In this document: positions 58,210-64,000 of the stretch, piece after piece | Layout of the letters: each line of letters begins with the position of its first letter | Position numbering within the stretch: position 1 is the first letter of the stretch | Source of the DNA: Eledone cirrhosa | Lineage: Eukaryota | NCBI GenBank assembly: GCA_964016885.1 | Contig: OZ024754.1 | Span: 36,394,001 to 36,458,000 of the forward strand | DNA length: 64,000 nucleotides | Direction of reading: 5' to 3' | Notes under the pieces: model-generated | The model's database searches: none | What the model was told of the DNA's origin: nothing | The model's input: the letters and a program-made list of their open reading frames with translations, nothing else | Position numbers and translations under genes: made by a program

Positions 58210-60517
58210 TGTATAGTATTATATATATATATGCATGTTATGTTATGTTTGCTCATTTGCGTCCATGTTGGGATATCTTTGTGTTGGAATATGAGTGCAC
58301 CTCTGCATGTGTGCATCTGTGTGGATGTGGGGATATGTGTGCACGCCTGCGTGTGTGTGTGTATGTATGTGTGGAGATAAGAGTGCACGTCTGCATGTGT
58401 GCATCTGTGTGGGTGTGGGGATATGTGTGCACGCCTGCGTGTGTGTGTATGTATGTGTGGAGATAAGAGTGCACGGCTGTGAGGATATGTGTGCACGTCT
58501 GCATATATGCATCTGTATGTGTTGAGATATGTATGTGTGTGTGAGGATATGAGTGCACGTATGCATATGTGCATCTGTATGTGTTGAGATATGTATGTGT
58601 GAGGATATGTGTGCACGTCTGCATATGTGCATCTGTATGTGTTGAGATATGTGTTTGTGAGGATATGTGTGCACGTCTGCATATGTGCATCTGTATGTAT
58701 TGAGATATGTATGTGTAAGGATATGTGTGCACGTCTGCATATGTGCATCTGTATGTGTTGAGATATTTGTGCACGTCTGTGAGGATATGAGTGCACGTCT
58801 GCATATGTGCATCTGTATGTGTTGAGATATGTGTGTGTGAGGATATGAGTGCACTTCTGCATATGTGCATCTGTATGTGTTGAGATATGTGTGTGTGAGG
58901 ATATGAGTGCACTTCTGCATATGTGCATCTGTATGTGTTGAGATATGTATGTGTGTGTGTGTGAGGATATGTGGCCACGTCTGCATATGTGCATCTGTAT
59001 GTGTTGAGATATGTGTGTGTGTGTGTGTGAGGATATGTGGGCACGTCTGCATATGTGCATCTGTATGTGTTGAGATATGTATGTGTAAGGATATGAGTGC
59101 ACGTCTGCATATGTGCATCTGTATGTATTGAGATATGTGTTTGTGAGGATATGAGTGTACTTCTGCATATGTGCATCTGTATGTGTTGAGATATGTATGT
59201 ATGTGAGGATATGAGTGCACGTCTGCATATGTACATCTGTATGTGTTGAGATATGTATGTGTAAGGATATGTGTGCACGTCTGCATATGAGCATCTGTAT
59301 GTGTTGAGATATTTGTGCACGTCTGTGAGGATATGTGGGCACGTCTGCATATGTGCATCTGTATGTATTGAGATATGTATGTGTGTATGAGGATATATGT
59401 GCACGTCTGCATATGTGCATCTGTATTGTTGAGATATGTATGTGTGTGTGAGGATATGAGAGCACTTCTGCATATGTGCATCTGTATGTGTTGAGATACT
59501 TGTGCACGTCTGCGAGGATATGTGTGCACGTCTGCATATGTGCATCTGTATGTATTGAGATATGTATGTGTGTGTGAGGATATATGTGCACGTCTGCATA
59601 TGTGCATCTGTATGTGTTGAGATATGTGAGTGTGAGGATATGAGTGCACGTCTGCATATGTGCATCTGTATGTGTTGAGATATGTGTGTGTAAGGATATG
59701 AGTGCACTTCTGCATATGTGCATCTGTATGTGTTGAGATATTTGTGCACGTCTGTGAGGATATGTGGGAACGTCTGCATATATGCATCTGTATGTGTTGA
59801 GATATGTGTGTGTGAGGATATGTGTGCACTTCTGCATATGTGCATCTGTATGTGTTGAGATATGTATGTGTGTGTGAGGATGAGTGTACGTCTGCATATG
59901 TGCATCTGTATGTGTTGAGATATGTATGTGTGTATGAGGATATGAGTGCATGTCTGCATATGTGCATCTGTATGTGTTGAGATATTTGTGCACGTCTGTG
60001 AGGATATGAGTGCACGTCTGCATATGTGCATGTGTATGTGTTGAGATATTTGTGCACGTCTGTGAGGATATGTGGGCACGTCTGCATATGTGCATCTGTA
60101 TGTATTGAGATATTTATGTGCGTGTGAGGATATATGGGCACGTCTGCATATGTGCATCTGTATGTGTTGAGATATGTGTGTGCGTGTGAGGATATCAGTG
60201 CACGTTTGCATATGGGCATCTGTATGTATTGAGATATGTGTGTGTGTGTGTGTGAGGATATATGTGCACGTCTGCATATGTGCATCTGTATGTGTTGAGA
60301 TATGTGTGTGTGTGTGAGGATATGTGGGCACGTCTGCATATGTGCATCTGTATGTGTTGAGATATGTGTGTGTGTGATGATATGAGTGCACGTCTGCATA
60401 TGTGCATCTGTATGTGTTGAGATATGTATGTGCGTGTGAATATATATGTGCACGTCTGCATATGTGCATCTGTATGTGTTGAGATATGTGTATGTGTAAG
60501 GATATGTGTACATCTGC
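57580..60517. repeat. About 60-bp GT-rich minisatellite
   Basis: GAGGATATGTGTGCACGTCTGCATATGTGCATCTGTATGTGTTGAGATATGT units; the long minus-strand ORFs are repeat translations. Confidence 0.92.
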
Positions 60518-60900
60518 CATGTCTCTATCCCAGTTGATGGCATGCTATGCTATATTTTCTGCTTAATGTGACCATAATTCATCCTACTTGGGTGATAGCA
60601 CAGAGCAATGAAAAGCCTAGAATTAATATCATTACACCATCGGCTCAACAGCAGAGATAGAATCTAACCGACATCAAATAAGAAAAGATTAGCCTCTGTG
60701 TCTGAAGTAATTCCAGGGGTTATGTTTACTGTATGTAAGACAGACTAGGACAGAGAGATAGGCATGGAGAGAGAGAGAGAGGGAGAGAGAGAGGGAGAGT
60801 TAGAGAGAGAGAGAGAGAGAGACATATGTATATATATATATATATATATTTATATATAGTCTCTCTGAGTATCTTTCTCTGTCTGTTTGTTTGTATATTA

Positions 60901-60934
<34 letters not shown>

Positions 60935-60957
60935 ATGTGTATGTATATATATATGTA

Positions 60958-60988
<31 letters not shown>

Positions 60989-61232
60989 TTATTTATTTAT
61001 AGAGAGAGAGAGAGAGAGAGAGGGGGGGGGATAAGGACAGATAGAGACAGCGAGAAAGGACTCAGAGAGGCACAGAGAGAGAGAGAGAGACAGAGATGGT
61101 GAGAGAGAGAGAGCGAGAGATAGACAGACAGACAGACAGACAGACATATATATATATATATATACTTTCCGCTTTTTCTACCCGCCGCTATGCGATTCTC
61201 GCTAAATTTATATATATATATATATATATAAT

Positions 61233-61308
<76 letters not shown>

Positions 61309-61387
61309 CATATATATATATATATGTGTGTGTATGCATATCTATATATATATGCCTCTCTGTTTTGTTCCCGTTCAATTTTTCACC

Positions 61388-61451
<64 letters not shown>

Positions 61452-61646
61452 TGTGGGGTGAAAGGGGATGCGTGTTCTTGCTTTTAAAATTAAGCCAGGA
61501 AGATCATCCGAGTAGAGATTGTCAAAGCTTTTCTCTGTCTTGAAGCCATTAACCATTATCGTCAAACACAGCGGGCGGTAAAATATCTCATACACATCCA
61601 TTACATGGTAACATAGATGCGTGCCACCAACTCTCTCATTCCCCTC

Positions 61647-61690
<44 letters not shown>

Positions 61691-61746
61691 CTACCTCTCT
61701 CTATCTACTGTCATTCTCTCTCTCTCTCAGTTTCTCACTGCATATA

Positions 61747-61780
<34 letters not shown>

Positions 61781-61823
61781 CATGTGTGGGTATAAATACC
61801 TATATATATATATATATACACAT

Positions 61824-61855
<32 letters not shown>

Positions 61856-61869
61856 ATAAGTACCAATAT

Positions 61870-61997
<128 letters not shown>

Positions 61998-62134
61998 CGG
62001 CGATGATATAGAAGCGAAAACCAACCAACAGTGAGTGTGTTCTATTATTAATTCTGGCACTATTATTACACAAATATGACCCTCCCCCATATATATATAT
62101 GTATGTATATGTATATATGTATGTATATATATAT

Positions 62135-62219
<85 letters not shown>

Positions 62220-62486
62220 CGTATATATAAATCCGTATATATATATGCATAAATATATACATTCATGTATGTACACATACACACATATATATAAACATAC
62301 ATATATGTGTGTGTGTGTATACCTATATTATTACAGTATTATTGACCCTTTATTTCGAAGTTTGCCATCTATATTATTAAATCTTTAAATAGTATATGAC
62401 ACCTTCATTGAATGTATGTTTAATGTGTATATTACATAAACCTTTTGCAAGCCTTTACACAGACTCACACTAATACATATACAAAC

Positions 62487-62562
<76 letters not shown>

Positions 62563-62571
62563 TATATATAT

Positions 62572-62765
62572 AGAACGAAAGAAGTGTGGTAAGGAACCAG
62601 ATGGACCATAAAGCACCAGAGTATTCAATACTCAGGGTAGTAGAGTGGGTAATAGGAAAATGTTTAACCCCGACGGCAGAGCTCAAGCCCTTTCGACTGC
62701 TATTTAGTCCAGAAATAGCCATCGAAACGGCTTGAGCTCTGCCGTCGAGGTTAAACATTTTCCTA
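62572..62765 (-). mobile_element. TA-embedded fold-back half-hammerhead element (copy F)
   Basis: Same tail and the same GAAA-CGGCTTGAGCTCTGCCG-TC arms. Confidence 0.75.
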
Positions 62766-62769
62766 TATA

Positions 62770-62902
<133 letters not shown>

Positions 62903-62952
62903 ATAATAATAAAATTGAAGACTAAAATCCAAAGAGGGCTCGATAAGGAAAT

Positions 62953-63045
<93 letters not shown>

Positions 63046-63129
63046 TATAAATATATATATATTATGGAATATATTATGGAATACTGTTGGCTCCTTGCTA
63101 CAATACTTTCTATACCTTTCATATATATC

Positions 63130-63194
<65 letters not shown>

Positions 63195-63644
63195 ATATAT
63201 ATACACATCTATTTTCCGTTAGTCAAAGAAGCGAATGGTGAACGTCGAGACCAGAGCGGTATCTAAGGTATGGCAAGGATAGCACGTGACATGGGTGCCA
63301 CTTGAAAGGGGACGCTACCTGGACTAGAAGCACTTTCTATTAAAGTCAGATAAGCTATCGTCAGAGAGTGAAAAAATAAACTTCTTCAGACGTATGATCT
63401 GTCTTTGATTATCATGGGTGAGAAACACTATGGTGGCCGGACCTTTAACCCTTTAGCATTTACATTACTCTATATAAATATACGACGGTACGATCTAACG
63501 GCTATACCAAATCGATATATATATATATATATATAAACGTTTGTATATGTATAATAAAGCCAAAACAATGCAGGTATGGACATAGAATAAAGAATGCAAA
63601 TGCAAAAGATATTGTTGACAATTAGTCTTTTACCTTAGATTTAT

Positions 63645-63848
63645 TTAAATGTCCTTAATTTTCGAGATAATATCTCTTCTTCGGAGGGAAGTAAAGCGGT
63701 TAAACCAGTGTTCTAAATATATATAAACTTCACTCATATATGAAAAAAACAATCTGAGGCCCCCCTTTTTTGAAGGCAAATATAATAAGGACTTTGTAAC
63801 GCGAACTGGCGCAAAATGTATTATACTTATTCGCATGACAGTCACCAA
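63645..63848 (-). mobile_element. Possible decayed non-LTR RT fragment
   Basis: LYLPSKKGGLRL resembles the LYLP...GGLGL post-RT motif; nothing else recognisable. Confidence 0.3.
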
Positions 63849-64000
63849 CCAACCAAATTACTTCTCTAAAAACCTAGCATTTCGAGCCACTTTTTTTCAT
63901 ATAAAAGTAACATTCAAACACCAACCAGATGTGAGAAAAATCACAAACACTCCATCTCAATCCTACTTTTGAAAAGCAGAAGAACTGCGAAACCGATAAA

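Noticed and set aside
58020-60543. His/Cys-rich ORFs of about 700 aa resembling zinc-finger arrays
   Set aside because: All three minus frames are open because the minisatellite lacks stops; there is no C2H2 spacing.

Overview
AT-rich, extremely microsatellite-dense animal DNA. The repeat make-up suggests a mollusc, probably an octopod cephalopod (inference). Almost all ORFs in the track are translations of simple repeats. The only convincing protein-coding sequence is an intact RTE-clade non-LTR retrotransposon ORF (51720-55265: AP endonuclease, reverse transcriptase and three C2H2 zinc fingers). Two short ORF-less derivatives of this RTE family are also present. The rest consists of many tRNA-derived Nin/Deu-domain SINEs, hAT and Tc1/pogo MITEs, two CRE-clade 3' fragments that have produced minisatellites, a 5.5-kb 55-bp satellite with a 2298-bp higher-order duplication and a telomere-like hexamer array. 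The main hidden signal is RNA structure. Several type I hammerhead ribozyme motifs can be folded by eye, some with the U3-A8 compensatory core. Most sit in short fold-back (inverted-repeat) units within or beside (TA)n tracts, consistent with Penelope-like element (PLE) pseudo-LTR remnants. One repeated family consists of half-hammerhead hairpins whose fold-back centre lies in stem II and whose inverted arm ends at the same TA in every copy. No cellular gene can be called with confidence; one candidate exon and two promoter-like patches are noted. All folds and alignments were done by eye, so boundaries may be off by a few nt.
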